Virus record (IMG/VR): IMGVR_UViG_3300038465_000039
Location: 1-64,000 of that record
Strand: one strand, 5' to 3'
DNA from: a virus
Length of the DNA stretch: 64,000 bases
In this document: positions 9,763-20,276 of the stretch, one piece after another
Layout of the letters: each line of letters begins with the position of its first letter
Numbering within the stretch: the first letter of the stretch is position 1
Position numbers and translations under genes: made by a program
Notes under the pieces: generated by a model
What the model was told of the DNA's origin: nothing
The model's input: only the letters and a program-made list of their open reading frames with translations
Database searches by the model: none

Positions 9763-11639
9763 TGCCAACAAATGTGCCTCAGGTCAGTTTTGGTGCGAAT
9801 GGTTTTTCGGCGCCGAGCACGACGCAGGTTTTAACGGGCGTCATCGCGGACATCCAGGCCGCGTTTGGCAACACGCTCAATCTTTCAATCACGGATACCG
9901 ATTCTCTCGCCACGCCACAGGGGCAGTGGGCGACGAGTTGGTCCGCTCAGATAACGAACACGAATAACGCGTTCCTGCTTCAGTCACAAATGACCGATCC
10001 GAGCTATGCTTTCGGAATCTGGCAGGATGCGATTGGTGAAATCTACTTCATTCAGAGAAAGCCGTCACAACCGACCGCGCTACAGATCGCGTGTAATGGT
10101 GCTCAAGGTGTCCCGATTCCGATTTCCCCGGTAGCGGCTACAGTCAAGGACAACGCCGGAAACATCTATCAGTGCATCCAGGCCGGGACGATTCCGGCCG
10201 GTGGATCGATTACACTTGCATTTGCCTGTACTGTTCCGGGTCCGATCACGGTCCCCGCAACTGTTACTCCCTATCAAACGATTCCTGGCTTCGACAGCGC
10301 GACCGTTGTATCGGGTGTTCAGGGCATCAATGTCGAAAGCCGTTCGGAGTTCGAAGCCCGCCGGCAGGATTCAGTTGCCGGAAACAGTTTCGGTGCCATC
10401 GGTTCAATCATCGGCGCCGTGGCCTCGGTATCCGGTGTCATCGATTATTACGGCTACAACAACAACACGGCCGGATCAGTTACGATCAATGGCGTCTCGA
10501 TTGCTCCTTATTCGATCTATATCTGCGTCGCCGGTGGTGCACCGTCGTCGGTAGCACAGGCTATCTTCTCCAAGAAGGGACCAGGCGCTCCCATGACGGG
10601 GAGCGAGACCGTCACGGTCTATGACAGCAATCCTCTCTATGCGTCGCCGCAACCCTATACAATCAAGTATCAGATCGCGGTACCGCTTCAGTTTCTGTTC
10701 GCCGTCACGATTGCTGCCGGTCCGAACGTTCCATCGAATGCACTGGCCCAGGTTCAGAGTGCTTTGCTTGCGGCATTCACCGGCAATGCGCTTGCGGCGA
10801 GCTTCACCGGATCTATTGCTGGTACGATTCTAACGGTCTCCGCCATCGCTTCCGGAACTCTTGCCATTGGACAGGTCATTTCTGATCTAACCGGCAACGT
10901 CACGGCCTTGACCGCCATCATCGCACTTGGAACCGGGACAGGTGGGATAGGGACGTATCAGGTCAACACGACCCAGAACGTGCTTTCAGAGGCGATGACG
11001 TCGGAAGCTCCACCGGCCCAGGTCACCGTCCCCCGTGCAAGGATCAATTCGACCGTCATTGCAGTCCAGTATGTTCCGGCGATCGCCGCTCTTGGTCCAT
11101 GGGCGCTCGTCAAATCGATCTTTGCGGGTTCAGCCAACGAGTCCGATGCGGTTGTCGTCGGTCATATCAACGGGAATCTTCTGACGGTGACTTCCGTTAC
11201 ATCGGGGACGATCTTAAACGGTGATACCCTTTTCGATACCTCGGGACTGATTCCGAACGGGACCAACATCACATCATTCGGAACCGGAAGTGGTGGGACC
11301 GGTACATACAACATCAACAATCCGCTGACCGTTGGCGCAACCTTCACCGGAAGCGGATCAGGAACGAACCTCACCGTGAGCGCTGTTACCGGCACCCTCT
11401 TGGTGGGACAAGTTCTGGTCGGGACAGGAATCCCGGGAGGCACCACGATTCTGTCGCAGACCTCGGGGACGACTGGTGGGGCCGGTGTTTACGTGACAAG
11501 CGGATCAACGACGGCATCAGGATCGTGTTCATCGAACGAGACAATCACTTGCGCATCCGCGGATCAGAACGCCGTGCAGGTCAACGCAAATCAGATACCC
11601 CAACTCGTCGCTCCTAACATCACGTTGGCGCTGTCGTGA
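9762..11639 (+). CDS. Baseplate J-like wedge protein with three inserted beta-rich domains
   Basis: [38 protein letters not shown] motifs. Confidence 0.85.
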   Translation: MPTNVPQVSFGANGFSAPSTTQVLTGVIADIQAAFGNTLNLSITDTDSLATPQGQWATSWSAQITNTNNAFLLQSQMTDPSYAFGIWQDAIGEIYFIQRKPSQPTALQIACNGAQGVPIPISPVAATVKDNAGNIYQCIQAGTIPAGGSITLAFACTVPGPITVPATVTPYQTIPGFDSATVVSGVQGINVESRSEFEARRQDSVAGNSFGAIGSIIGAVASVSGVIDYYGYNNNTAGSVTINGVSIAPYSIYICVAGGAPSSVAQAIFSKKGPGAPMTGSETVTVYDSNPLYASPQPYTIKYQIAVPLQFLFAVTIAAGPNVPSNALAQVQSALLAAFTGNALAASFTGSIAGTILTVSAIASGTLAIGQVISDLTGNVTALTAIIALGTGTGGIGTYQVNTTQNVLSEAMTSEAPPAQVTVPRARINSTVIAVQYVPAIAALGPWALVKSIFAGSANESDAVVVGHINGNLLTVTSVTSGTILNGDTLFDTSGLIPNGTNITSFGTGSGGTGTYNINNPLTVGATFTGSGSGTNLTVSAVTGTLLVGQVLVGTGIPGGTTILSQTSGTTGGAGVYVTSGSTTASGSCSSNETITCASADQNAVQVNANQIPQLVAPNITLALS

Positions 11640-12298
11640 GCGATACGGGGCCGCCTTACCCTCCGAGTCCGGTTTCCGGCTCGAACGGAATCGGAGTTGG
11701 CGCGATCGGCATCATGTCGATCGGTGCTATCCCTGCTTACGATCCTTGGCCGAAAATAATCAGTCAGTACAAAAATTCGCCACGAATGGACGCGATGATT
11801 CTCGCCTTCAATGCGGCGATGGATCAGACCGAGAACATCTCAAACCTATTCGATTTTTGCTGGAACGTCCAAACCGCAGTCGGTTATGGCCTCGACGTGT
11901 GGGGTCGTATCGTTGGCGTCAGTCGCATCCTTTCTTTCCCGAGCGGTGTCGCCTATCTCGGATTCGAGGAAGCCAACAGTTGGACCGGATTCGGGCAGGG
12001 AGGCTTCTACACGGGTTCCGGGGTTTCGACCAACTATGTCCTGTCGGACTCCGATTTCCGCACCCTGATCCTCGCCAAGGCCGCCGGCAACATATCTGGC
12101 GGGACCATTGAAGAAATCAACGAAATCCTGCTGACGCTCTTTCCCAACCGCGGTCCTTGTTACGTTGCGGATGGCCTCAACATGAGCTGCACGCTGACAT
12201 TCAAGTTTGCGCTCACGCCCGTCGAGTTGGCGATCATCGAACAGGCCAACGTTCTTCCGATTCCGTGTGGCGTCGTCGTCAACATCAGTCAGCTATGA
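11636..12298 (+). CDS. DUF2612 baseplate protein
   Basis: [50 protein letters not shown]. Confidence 0.8.
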   Translation: MSDTGPPYPPSPVSGSNGIGVGAIGIMSIGAIPAYDPWPKIISQYKNSPRMDAMILAFNAAMDQTENISNLFDFCWNVQTAVGYGLDVWGRIVGVSRILSFPSGVAYLGFEEANSWTGFGQGGFYTGSGVSTNYVLSDSDFRTLILAKAAGNISGGTIEEINEILLTLFPNRGPCYVADGLNMSCTLTFKFALTPVELAIIEQANVLPIPCGVVVNISQL

Positions 12299-12308
12299 GA
12301 AAAAATCC

Positions 12309-13460
12309 ATGAAGAGATTTTTGGCGATCTTCGCATTAGTGTTTGCGACGGGTCCAGCGCTTGCGCTGACGCAAGGAAGTCCCCCGCCTGCGTTTCCGAT
12401 TCCGTGGGGTAACTCGGCTGGCAGTTCATATATAAGATCGATACCGGTCCCATCACAAATAGGGACACAAAATTGTGCAGCTTCTTTAACCGATGGCTTT
12501 CCGCCCCTTAGCTTCGTCCCATCCGTCGCCGGTGGTTGTCCGCCTTTTGGTGCTGACTTCAACGGCATCCTGAAGCAGATCACGCAATGGTCGCAGTGGC
12601 AGAAAGCGGGTGGTCCCGTATTCTACGATTCGGCTTTCGCGTCTGGCGGTAGTGGTGGCTACCCGAGTGGCGCTATCGTGATGTCGGCAGTTGTTCCCGG
12701 TGATCACTGGATGTCGACCGCGGACAACAACACGACGAACCCTGACGCCGGCGGAGCGAATTGGGTCCAGGCTCCAGGTGAAATACCGATCGGAACGCCG
12801 GTTCAATCGATCATCGCGACGGTTCCAACGGGCTATGTTTCCGCGAACGGCAAGACGATCGGCAACGGGTCATCGAACGGGACGCAACGCTCCAACGCCG
12901 ACACTCAGTTTCTGTTCTCCCTGCTGTGGAGCGGTTGCGCGTCGTGCCAGCTCTACAACAGCGCCGGGACGCCGATCTCGAGGGGTGCCACAGCCGCGGC
13001 CGACTTCGCGGCCAATGATGCGATTGCGACAACCAACCTGAACGGCAAAGGGTTGATGGGAGCGGACTCGCAAAACGGTTCAACCTCGAGCAATCTGACC
13101 GGTGTTCCAGTCACCAGCGGCAACACGACGACACCGGGGTCGATCGTCGGAGAGAACCTGCATGCGCTGGTGACCGGCGAACTCGCCGCGCACACCCATT
13201 CGATCACTGATCCAGGACACAACCATGCGATCACTGATCCAGGCCATACTCACACATTGACGAGTGCCATTGGCGGTCAGCACGGCGGCAGCGGCGTCAA
13301 TGGTGGCCAACTGACATCCGGCATAACCAATTCGGCAACGACCGGTATCACGATCAATACGGCAACAACCGGCATCACGGCGACGAACAGTACTGGCTCC
13401 GGTACCGGTCACAACACGGTTGAACTCAGCGCCCTCGTTTGGTGGAATCTCAAATTATGA
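12309..13460 (+). CDS. Tail fibre/collar protein with N-terminal Sec-type signal peptide
   Basis: ATG at 12309; MKRFLAIFALVFATGPALA then baseplate-attachment region (SQIG..AASLTDGFPPL...PPFGADFNGIL..IT, GGYPSGA), collar-like region and HTH..TDPGH tip repeats. Confidence 0.8.
   Translation: MKRFLAIFALVFATGPALALTQGSPPPAFPIPWGNSAGSSYIRSIPVPSQIGTQNCAASLTDGFPPLSFVPSVAGGCPPFGADFNGILKQITQWSQWQKAGGPVFYDSAFASGGSGGYPSGAIVMSAVVPGDHWMSTADNNTTNPDAGGANWVQAPGEIPIGTPVQSIIATVPTGYVSANGKTIGNGSSNGTQRSNADTQFLFSLLWSGCASCQLYNSAGTPISRGATAAADFAANDAIATTNLNGKGLMGADSQNGSTSSNLTGVPVTSGNTTTPGSIVGENLHALVTGELAAHTHSITDPGHNHAITDPGHTHTLTSAIGGQHGGSGVNGGQLTSGITNSATTGITINTATTGITATNSTGSGTGHNTVELSALVWWNLKL
13191..13253 (+). repeat. 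Intragenic 27-bp tandem repeat (HTHSITDPG/HNHAITDPG)
   Basis: cgatcactgatccagg occurs twice, 27 bp apart. Confidence 0.7.
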
Positions 13461-16400
13461 TACGCTCTTTCAAATCTGCCATCGCTGGATTGATCGCGCT
13501 CGTCGCGATTCCGTGCGCTGCATATGCTCAAACGAGTCCAAATTTTACGTTTGGTCAGGTCCCCACGCCGGCGCAGTGGAATGCTGCGTTCGCCGGAAAA
13601 CAGGATGTTTTCGCGTCAACACCCTGTCTCACCATCGGATGCACTTTTACCGGCGGTATAATCACGGCGCCCTCAGCCACCTATTCCGCAGGCATCAATC
13701 TCCCCCCCGGCACGGCACCGACATTGCCGATCGATGGCGATTTGTGGACGACTACTGCTGGGCTCTACGCTCGGATCAACGGATCGACGATTGGACCGCT
13801 CGGAACCGCGGCATGCCCGACTTGCGCGGTGACGAATGCAACTAACACGTTCACGGCGGCGCAGATCATCAATCTCAATTCGGCGACCTTGCCCGCCGCA
13901 CAAACCGGGACGGCCTTGCAGATCGGCGGCGCGGCAGGAACGACGGTGCGCGCGGAGTTGGACGCCTTTGCGGCCACACCTCGCTTTACCTGCGTGCGGA
14001 CGGATGGAACGATTGCAGCTAAGACAACATTGCAGAGCGGCGACGAAATCTGCTCACTCAATGCGTTCGGCTACAACGGCAGCGCCGTGGTCGGCCCGCA
14101 GGCCGCCATCCGCACCTACGCCGCGCAGAATTGGGTTGCAGGGAGTGCTCTCGGCACGAACATGCGCCTCGGGGTCACTGCCAACGGGGCAACGGCGCTG
14201 ACCGACGCGCTGGGGATTGAGCAGGACGGTGGGATCACCGCAGGTTCTTTGATCGGAACCAGCATGGGCGCGGGCAACTTCAATGCGCTCGGCTACTATG
14301 TCAGCGGCACCAAGGTTGCCACCAGCGCCAGCACACCAATTGTTCTCACCGCTGGCGTCCTGACATGCCCGACCTGCGCGACCGTCCCGGGCGGCCCGAC
14401 GACGATCGGCGACATCGCGATCTTCAGTTCGACGTCCGGCGTGGTCGGCGACGCCGGCGGCGGCATCCCGAACCTTCCGCTGGTTCACCCATCGTCCGGA
14501 AATAACTTCGGGGCCGGCTGCAATGGGACCGCGCATCAAGCATGGTGGGTCGATCAAAATCTTTGTAGCACGGCCGACGTCTTGCAGGTCGTCAGCAACG
14601 ATCCGAGCGCGCTCGCGGTTTTCACGTTAGGCGGAACGCCAGTTTCGGGCCACGTCTATACCTTCAACCTGATCTATGGCGGCACGACTAAGACCGTCAC
14701 CTACACGGTGCAGCCTGGCGACGGACTCAATAACGTCACGGCCGGTCTCGTCTGCGCGATCGCCAGCAACACGACGCTGTTCAACCTTAACGGCGGATCG
14801 TGCTCCGGCGGCGTCATCACGCCCGCGACCCCGACGACCTCCTACGGCGGCTATGCCGGCGGAAAGCAGATCGGCTACACGGTCATCAATACCAACACGT
14901 CGTTCGCGTTCGACTACAACAGCGCGAACGACATGCAGATGAGCTATTCGGTCTCCGGCGGCGGGACCGAAACCATTACGTCACCGGCCGGATGGTTCTC
15001 CGGAACGCTTTACAGCGCCGGTACTTCGACGGGCTCCGCGAACGCTCAGGTGATCGCGGCGAGTGGCTTCACGCTGGCGGCCGGAAAATCCATCAACTTT
15101 ACGGCTGGCTTCAGCAATTCCGGCGCTGCGACGCTGAACGCTCAATCGACCGGTGCCGTCGCGATTCAGAAGTACGTTAACGGTGCGCTAACGGCCCTGA
15201 CGGGTGGCGAGATCGCCGCGGGAACGAACTACACGGTCGCCTACAACGGTTCGACCTATACGCTGAACCTGAACGCCGTTCATGTCGCGGGCGGCAGCAC
15301 GGCCAGCACGAACTATCAGTTGCCGAACGCCTTCGACAACAATCCCGCGCTTGTGACCGGACGCGGTCCTGGCGGCATCCCGCCCGCGCCCGGAAGTGCG
15401 ATCTTCGCGCTGTATGCGACCGGAGCGCAGACGGGTAGCTCCCCGACGGCCCGGACCGTCAACTACGGCGTGATCGCGAACTTCGTTAATAATTCCAGCA
15501 CCGGCGCGCTCAAGAACGCGTGGATCTTGCAAAACGCGAACGGCAGCGGGACGTTCTTCGGCGACGGCGTTTATTCAAATTACGGGTGCGAGGGCGTCTT
15601 CGGAATCTCAGCGGCCTGCGTCGTCGACAAGGGACAGGCGACCTTCAACGCCGGCGTCGGTTATTGGATTTCCGGGACATTGGACGGGAACGGCGCCGAA
15701 CTCTACAAGAGCGCCAGCACGATCCGGCTCGACACGTTCTCGACCGGCTGGCCTATCATCCTGAACTCGAGCGGAGGCGTCGGCATCAACGCGACCCCGA
15801 CCGCAAACGGAGAGTTCAACAGCGCGCTAGGCGGATTTTTCTCCGGCTCTCAGGTCCCGGCGACCGGGACCGGAATCGCGATCGGGCTGAACTCCGGAAA
15901 CGGCTACATGATCGCGGAGAACTTCGGGACATCGACGTTCCAGCAGTTGATATTTCAGGGCTCCCAGGTTCAGCTAGCGCCGAATGGCATCAGTGCTAAC
16001 GGCGTTTCAATGATTTCCAACGAGTTGTTTCCAATCACTGACAACCAAGTCTTGCTAGGCGACACGGCAATTCCGCATCGCTTCATCAGCGTATCGTCGA
16101 TGGCGTATAACTTCGGCGGTTCGACGAGCGGCAACCAGCAGCAGAAGACGGCCGCGATCACGAGCGGGACTATTACGTGGCCGGCCGGAACCGTCGATTT
16201 TAGCGCGACAGGGGGAACGTCGCAGGTCGTCAAGCAGACCAGCGCGGGCGGAATCTTTACGGTCGCGCGTCTGGCTTGCGCCGATCTTTCCGATTCAAGC
16301 ACGGGATGTTCGGCGGCTTCCGGTATTACGGCCATAACCGGCGATGGTACCGCGACCGGACCTGGCTCAGCAGCCTTCACGCTAGCGACCGTCAACGCCA

Positions 16401-18376
16401 ATACCGGGGCGTGGGGAAGCGCAACGCAATCGCCGCAGTTTACCGTCAACGGCAAAGGTCTGATCACCGCAGCCGCGAACGTCACTATCACGCCGGCGGT
16501 CGGCAGCATCACGGGGCTCGGAACCGGGGTAGCGACCGCGCTCGGCGTCAACGTCGGGACCGCGGGCTCTCCCGTTATTAACGGTGGTGTGCTCGGAACT
16601 CCTTCGTCGGGCGTCGCCACCAATCTGACCGGGACCGCATCTGGTCTAACGGCCGGCAATGTGACTACCAACGCGAATCTGACAGGTCCGATCACGTCGA
16701 TCGGCAATGCGACTTCAATCGCGGCGCAGACTGGAACCGGAACCACGTTCGTGATGTCGGCCGCTCCGTCGATCGCAGGCGGTACGCATACCGCGATCAC
16801 GTCGCTAGGTATTCGCGACACCAGCGCGGCATTCGACGTGACGCTGGCGGCGGTTTCGTCCACGGCGCTGACGGCGGGCCGAACCTTAACGTTCGACGTC
16901 GGCAACGTCGCGCACACGCTGAAGCTCGGAACTACCGCGAACACGATCACGTTCCCGAATGCGGCCTCTTACAATGTTTTAACGGATGCTGCTGCGGTTA
17001 CGGGCGCGCAGGGTGGCACTGGTCTGACGACCGCTGCAATCGGCGACATCATGTACGCGTCCGCCACGACGCCGGTGTGGGCCCGGCTCGCGGATGTCGC
17101 GACCGGTAGCGTCTTGGTCTCGGGTGGAGTCAATACCGCGCCAGCCTATAGCGCGACGCCGTCGGTCACGAGCATCAATGTCGCGAGCGCCGGTAGCTAC
17201 CAGCAGAACGGCTCGACGATCCTGACGACCACCGGGTCGGCCACGTTCACGACTTCGGTTGGTATTGGTGCCAATGCTGCGAACACTACTGGCGGGAATC
17301 ACAACACCGCTGTCGGTTACCATGCCCTAAATATCAATCAGACAGGCACCGACAACACTGCGCTTGGCTACCTAGCGCTGGCTGCTAACAATTTAGACTC
17401 AGGAGTGCATGGGATACAGAATACTGCTATTGGGTCGAACGCGCTAGCTGCGAATACGACCGGATATAACAACGTTGCGGTTGGCGCAGCCGCGCTTACC
17501 TCGCATCTGAGCGGCAACAACAATATGGGTGTCGGTCAGGCAGCTTTGCAAAATCTTACGACCGGAACCGACAACTCCGCGATTGGCAATGCATCGCTTC
17601 AGACGTTGGTCAGCGGTTCTCAAAATACGTCGATCGGCTCTGCTGCAGGCCAAGGAACGACCGCCGGCGATAATACCTACGTGGGATATGCGGCGGGCTT
17701 CAGCGACACCAGCGGCGCGAACAACATCGTTGTCGGAGCTAATCCGAACGTCAACCGAGGTCCGACGACCGGAAGCAACAATATCCTAATTGGATACGAT
17801 CAGGACTTGGTCTCACACACGGCCTCGAATCAAATGTCCATCGCCAATGCCATCTTCGGCACCGGTCTGACGGGTACCGGAACGACGATCGCCGGTAAAA
17901 TCGGCATCTTGAACAACAATCCTTCGGTGGAGTTGGACGTGACAGGAGCCATCAAGGCGAGCTTGACCTTGACGGTTGTCGGCATGAGCAACACCGCGAC
18001 GACGAGCGCGGTCTGCTACAACACCGGCACCGGACTTTTGACCTACGACGGTACGATCGGCACCTGCACGGTGTCGGACGAACGCCTGAAGAACATGGGC
18101 GCGCGCATCGCGAACGCGCTCGACAAGCTGCTTCTGATCAACGGCGTGAACTACACTTGGAAGGACTCGGCCTATGGCTCCGGTCCACAAATCGGCGTCG
18201 GCGCGCAAACCGTCGAGAGGGTGTTTCCCGAGCTAGTTCAGACCGGCTCCGATGGCTATAAGAGCGTCGATTATCAGCGCCTGACCGCACCGATCATTGA
18301 GGCTTTGCGGGAACTAAAGGCCGACAACGACAATCTCCGCGAAGAAGTCTCGCAAATTAAAAGGGTACGGCGATGA
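13457..18376 (+). CDS. Giant tail fibre/adhesin with signal peptide, NTAxG beta-helix repeats and C-terminal S74 chaperone
   Basis: ATGA-coupled start; MIRSFKSAIAGLIALVAIPCAAYAQ; Gly/Thr/Ala-rich; NTAVGYHAL-type repeats; SDERLKN...GVNYTWK...IGVGAQ.VE.VFPELV. Confidence 0.85.
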   Translation: MIRSFKSAIAGLIALVAIPCAAYAQTSPNFTFGQVPTPAQWNAAFAGKQDVFASTPCLTIGCTFTGGIITAPSATYSAGINLPPGTAPTLPIDGDLWTTTAGLYARINGSTIGPLGTAACPTCAVTNATNTFTAAQIINLNSATLPAAQTGTALQIGGAAGTTVRAELDAFAATPRFTCVRTDGTIAAKTTLQSGDEICSLNAFGYNGSAVVGPQAAIRTYAAQNWVAGSALGTNMRLGVTANGATALTDALGIEQDGGITAGSLIGTSMGAGNFNALGYYVSGTKVATSASTPIVLTAGVLTCPTCATVPGGPTTIGDIAIFSSTSGVVGDAGGGIPNLPLVHPSSGNNFGAGCNGTAHQAWWVDQNLCSTADVLQVVSNDPSALAVFTLGGTPVSGHVYTFNLIYGGTTKTVTYTVQPGDGLNNVTAGLVCAIASNTTLFNLNGGSCSGGVITPATPTTSYGGYAGGKQIGYTVINTNTSFAFDYNSANDMQMSYSVSGGGTETITSPAGWFSGTLYSAGTSTGSANAQVIAASGFTLAAGKSINFTAGFSNSGAATLNAQSTGAVAIQKYVNGALTALTGGEIAAGTNYTVAYNGSTYTLNLNAVHVAGGSTASTNYQLPNAFDNNPALVTGRGPGGIPPAPGSAIFALYATGAQTGSSPTARTVNYGVIANFVNNSSTGALKNAWILQNANGSGTFFGDGVYSNYGCEGVFGISAACVVDKGQATFNAGVGYWISGTLDGNGAELYKSASTIRLDTFSTGWPIILNSSGGVGINATPTANGEFNSALGGFFSGSQVPATGTGIAIGLNSGNGYMIAENFGTSTFQQLIFQGSQVQLAPNGISANGVSMISNELFPITDNQVLLGDTAIPHRFISVSSMAYNFGGSTSGNQQQKTAAITSGTITWPAGTVDFSATGGTSQVVKQTSAGGIFTVARLACADLSDSSTGCSAASGITAITGDGTATGPGSAAFTLATVNANTGAWGSATQSPQFTVNGKGLITAAANVTITPAVGSITGLGTGVATALGVNVGTAGSPVINGGVLGTPSSGVATNLTGTASGLTAGNVTTNANLTGPITSIGNATSIAAQTGTGTTFVMSAAPSIAGGTHTAITSLGIRDTSAAFDVTLAAVSSTALTAGRTLTFDVGNVAHTLKLGTTANTITFPNAASYNVLTDAAAVTGAQGGTGLTTAAIGDIMYASATTPVWARLADVATGSVLVSGGVNTAPAYSATPSVTSINVASAGSYQQNGSTILTTTGSATFTTSVGIGANAANTTGGNHNTAVGYHALNINQTGTDNTALGYLALAANNLDSGVHGIQNTAIGSNALAANTTGYNNVAVGAAALTSHLSGNNNMGVGQAALQNLTTGTDNSAIGNASLQTLVSGSQNTSIGSAAGQGTTAGDNTYVGYAAGFSDTSGANNIVVGANPNVNRGPTTGSNNILIGYDQDLVSHTASNQMSIANAIFGTGLTGTGTTIAGKIGILNNNPSVELDVTGAIKASLTLTVVGMSNTATTSAVCYNTGTGLLTYDGTIGTCTVSDERLKNMGARIANALDKLLLINGVNYTWKDSAYGSGPQIGVGAQTVERVFPELVQTGSDGYKSVDYQRLTAPIIEALRELKADNDNLREEVSQIKRVRR

Positions 18377-19215
18377 AGCACCCATTCGAAGTCCTTCGGC
18401 CGGAATACTCGCAGCTGCTGGCCGCCATGCGGGTCCGGCCGGAATGCAAGAAGCTCGTCGACGAGGTCGCTGTGAAGCTCGTCGGCTATAAGACCCGCTA
18501 CCAGGCGGTGACCGACGCCGACGGCGTGCCGGTCGTGTTCATCGGCCCGTCGAATGAGCGTGAGGACAATAGCGACTTCACGAAGAACCCCGCGCAGGGC
18601 TGGCCGCTGCATGCTGTGTCGAAATGGATTCCCCACAATGGTCCCTTCCCGGACTGGAAGACCGCGGCGATCGCGGCCTACCGGCTGAACGGACTCGACC
18701 GGATCGGCGCCGCGAACTGGACGTGGGAGTTGATCTGCTTCTACGGCGAGATGTTCAACGGCTTCGGCTACCGCGACTTCCACCGCATGCACTCGCCCTA
18801 CCTGTGGGGCGGCACGAACATCCAGATGGTCGGGAAGTACACATCAGACGGTGAGTTCGATGCCGGCCACATGGACACCCAGCTCGGCATCATCCCGATC
18901 GCGCGCCGCATGGTCGAGCTCGACCCGTCGCTGGCGCTCCCGGACGCGCCCTACGTGCCGGCGCCGCCGATCGCGTCCGGCATCGCGGCAGAACCGGACG
19001 CCGACGCCAAATGGGTGCAGCAGACTTTGAACGCCCTCGGCTTCGACCCGCCCGTGAAGGCCACCGGCAACTACGACCGCTCGACCAAGCTCGCGGTCGA
19101 GCGCTTCCAGGACAGTTGGGGGCTGGCCGACGTCGACGGTTTAGTCGGGGACAAGACTACCGCGGCGCTGCGCAAGGCGCTGGAGAACCACCAGGCGGCG
19201 GAGAAACCGAAATGA
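18373..19215 (+). CDS. Endolysin: lysozyme-family domain plus C-terminal peptidoglycan-binding domain
   Basis: E.FNGFGY....HSPYLWGGT...GKY.SDG.FD...DTQLG; VQQTLNALG...AVERFQ...GL.DVDGLVG.KT. Confidence 0.85.
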   Translation: MKHPFEVLRPEYSQLLAAMRVRPECKKLVDEVAVKLVGYKTRYQAVTDADGVPVVFIGPSNEREDNSDFTKNPAQGWPLHAVSKWIPHNGPFPDWKTAAIAAYRLNGLDRIGAANWTWELICFYGEMFNGFGYRDFHRMHSPYLWGGTNIQMVGKYTSDGEFDAGHMDTQLGIIPIARRMVELDPSLALPDAPYVPAPPIASGIAAEPDADAKWVQQTLNALGFDPPVKATGNYDRSTKLAVERFQDSWGLADVDGLVGDKTTAALRKALENHQAAEKPK

Positions 19216-19433
19216 TGACCAAGCAGGAGCAGGATGACGTGTTCAAACAGTCGGTGAAGGACGCCGCCTCTGACCTCGTCAAGCGCATGATTGACGTCGC
19301 TGGATCGAGCGCGATCAATGGCGACTCGGACGAAATGATCATCGGACGCGCCAGGCGCGGCCTCAATGAGTTTGTAAGAGGCGCAAAATTAGTTCGATCT
19401 GCAGTGGATGTTGAACTATCAACACCAGAGTAG
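19212..19433 (+). CDS. Hypothetical protein
   Basis: ATGA overlap with the endolysin stop, GGAG RBS. Confidence 0.5.
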   Translation: MMTKQEQDDVFKQSVKDAASDLVKRMIDVAGSSAINGDSDEMIIGRARRGLNEFVRGAKLVRSAVDVELSTPE

Positions 19434-19442
19434 GAGGTTCCT

Positions 19443-19628
19443 ATGCGCTGCGCGGTCGTCGTAGTCGTGCTATTATTCGTTGTGCCAGCTCACGCAGACA
19501 ACAACCCATTTTCCGGTGCGCGATCAATCAAGGTTTCGATGCGCCACGTTCATCATCCGAAATGGTGCGTGCGGCATTGGAACTATGACTACGATCAGAA
19601 TGTGCCAATCCGGTGCGAGGACAAATGA
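19443..19628 (+). CDS. Small secreted peptide (2 Cys in mature part)
   Basis: AGGAGG RBS; hydrophobic N-terminus ending in AHA. Confidence 0.6.
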   Translation: MRCAVVVVVLLFVVPAHADNNPFSGARSIKVSMRHVHHPKWCVRHWNYDYDQNVPIRCEDK

Positions 19629-19747
19629 GCAAAAAATTTTGGATCACGATATCAGTGCTGATCATCGCTATCGCCGCGATTGATATTGCGCTTGATCGCG
19701 CGACTGATGAAGTCTTGGCCGTCAGGATAGGGGCGCAGGCGCGATGA
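19625..19747 (+). CDS. 40-aa single-TM peptide
   Basis: MSKKFWITISVLIIAIAAIDIALD...; ATGA overlaps at both ends. Confidence 0.5.
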   Translation: MSKKFWITISVLIIAIAAIDIALDRATDEVLAVRIGAQAR

Positions 19748-20013
19748 AACGGATCATTATTTTGGTTGCTCTGCTGGCGAGCCCGGCAGCACATGGAGCG
19801 GATTGGACCGTTACCAAAACCGTCAAGTGGTCGCTACTGGATCGCGTAGCACAAGCCCTATGTGAAGCCGAGCGAGATGATTGCGATGCAGATTGGCGTT
19901 GCGGTATCAACCCTGCTTGGACAACATGCCTGACGATAGGAGTTACAGGCAGCGCGGCGGTATGGACACAATATCGCGACAAAGCACAGCGGGCATTGGA
20001 GGCAACAAAATGA
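19744..20013 (+). CDS. Small secreted Cys-rich protein
   Basis: MKRIIILVALLASPAAHG signal; 4 Cys. Confidence 0.6.
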   Translation: MKRIIILVALLASPAAHGADWTVTKTVKWSLLDRVAQALCEAERDDCDADWRCGINPAWTTCLTIGVTGSAAVWTQYRDKAQRALEATK

Positions 20014-20276
20014 ATTACATATTCGCCGCAATCTTCATGCTGCTGCTGGCGAGTCCGGCGATGGCGCAGATCGCCGGCCAGCCAGCGCATCGCGATTTGA
20101 CCCCGGACGGTTTCCCAGCTGGAAAGCAGGGGCATTGTTGGGCCTGCATGCACGGCTGCACTCCAAAGCAGGACGCCGAATTTTGCGGATGGCCTGTGCG
20201 CAACACCGTCAACCAGCCAATGGAGCCGGAAGCGGACCGTCGTTGTGGCCCCTATGGCTGCATGGGGGAGAAATGA
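20010..20276 (+). CDS. Small secreted Cys-rich protein
   Basis: MNYIFAAIFMLLLASPAMA signal; 6 Cys; GGAGG RBS. Confidence 0.65.
   Translation: MNYIFAAIFMLLLASPAMAQIAGQPAHRDLTPDGFPAGKQGHCWACMHGCTPKQDAEFCGWPVRNTVNQPMEPEADRRCGPYGCMGEK

Noticed and set aside
12207-12308. ORF-track N-terminal extensions of the fibre genes (12207; also 13439)
   Set aside because: They overlap upstream genes; ATGs at 12309 and 13457 fit operon spacing and ATGA coupling.
638-13460. Tailocin, eCIS or T6SS rather than phage
   Set aside because: Contiguous with lysis, recombination and replication genes typical of a complete phage; head genes probably lie upstream of the window.
15970-16950. 326-aa antisense ORF (also 1783..2238, 28251..29096, 35585..36430, 56447..57424)
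   Set aside because: Shadow frames of GC-rich, codon-biased real genes; no RBS or recognisable motifs.
13457-18376. Diversity-generating retroelement targeting the fibre
   Set aside because: No reverse transcriptase and no TR/VR pair differing at adenines was seen in the window.
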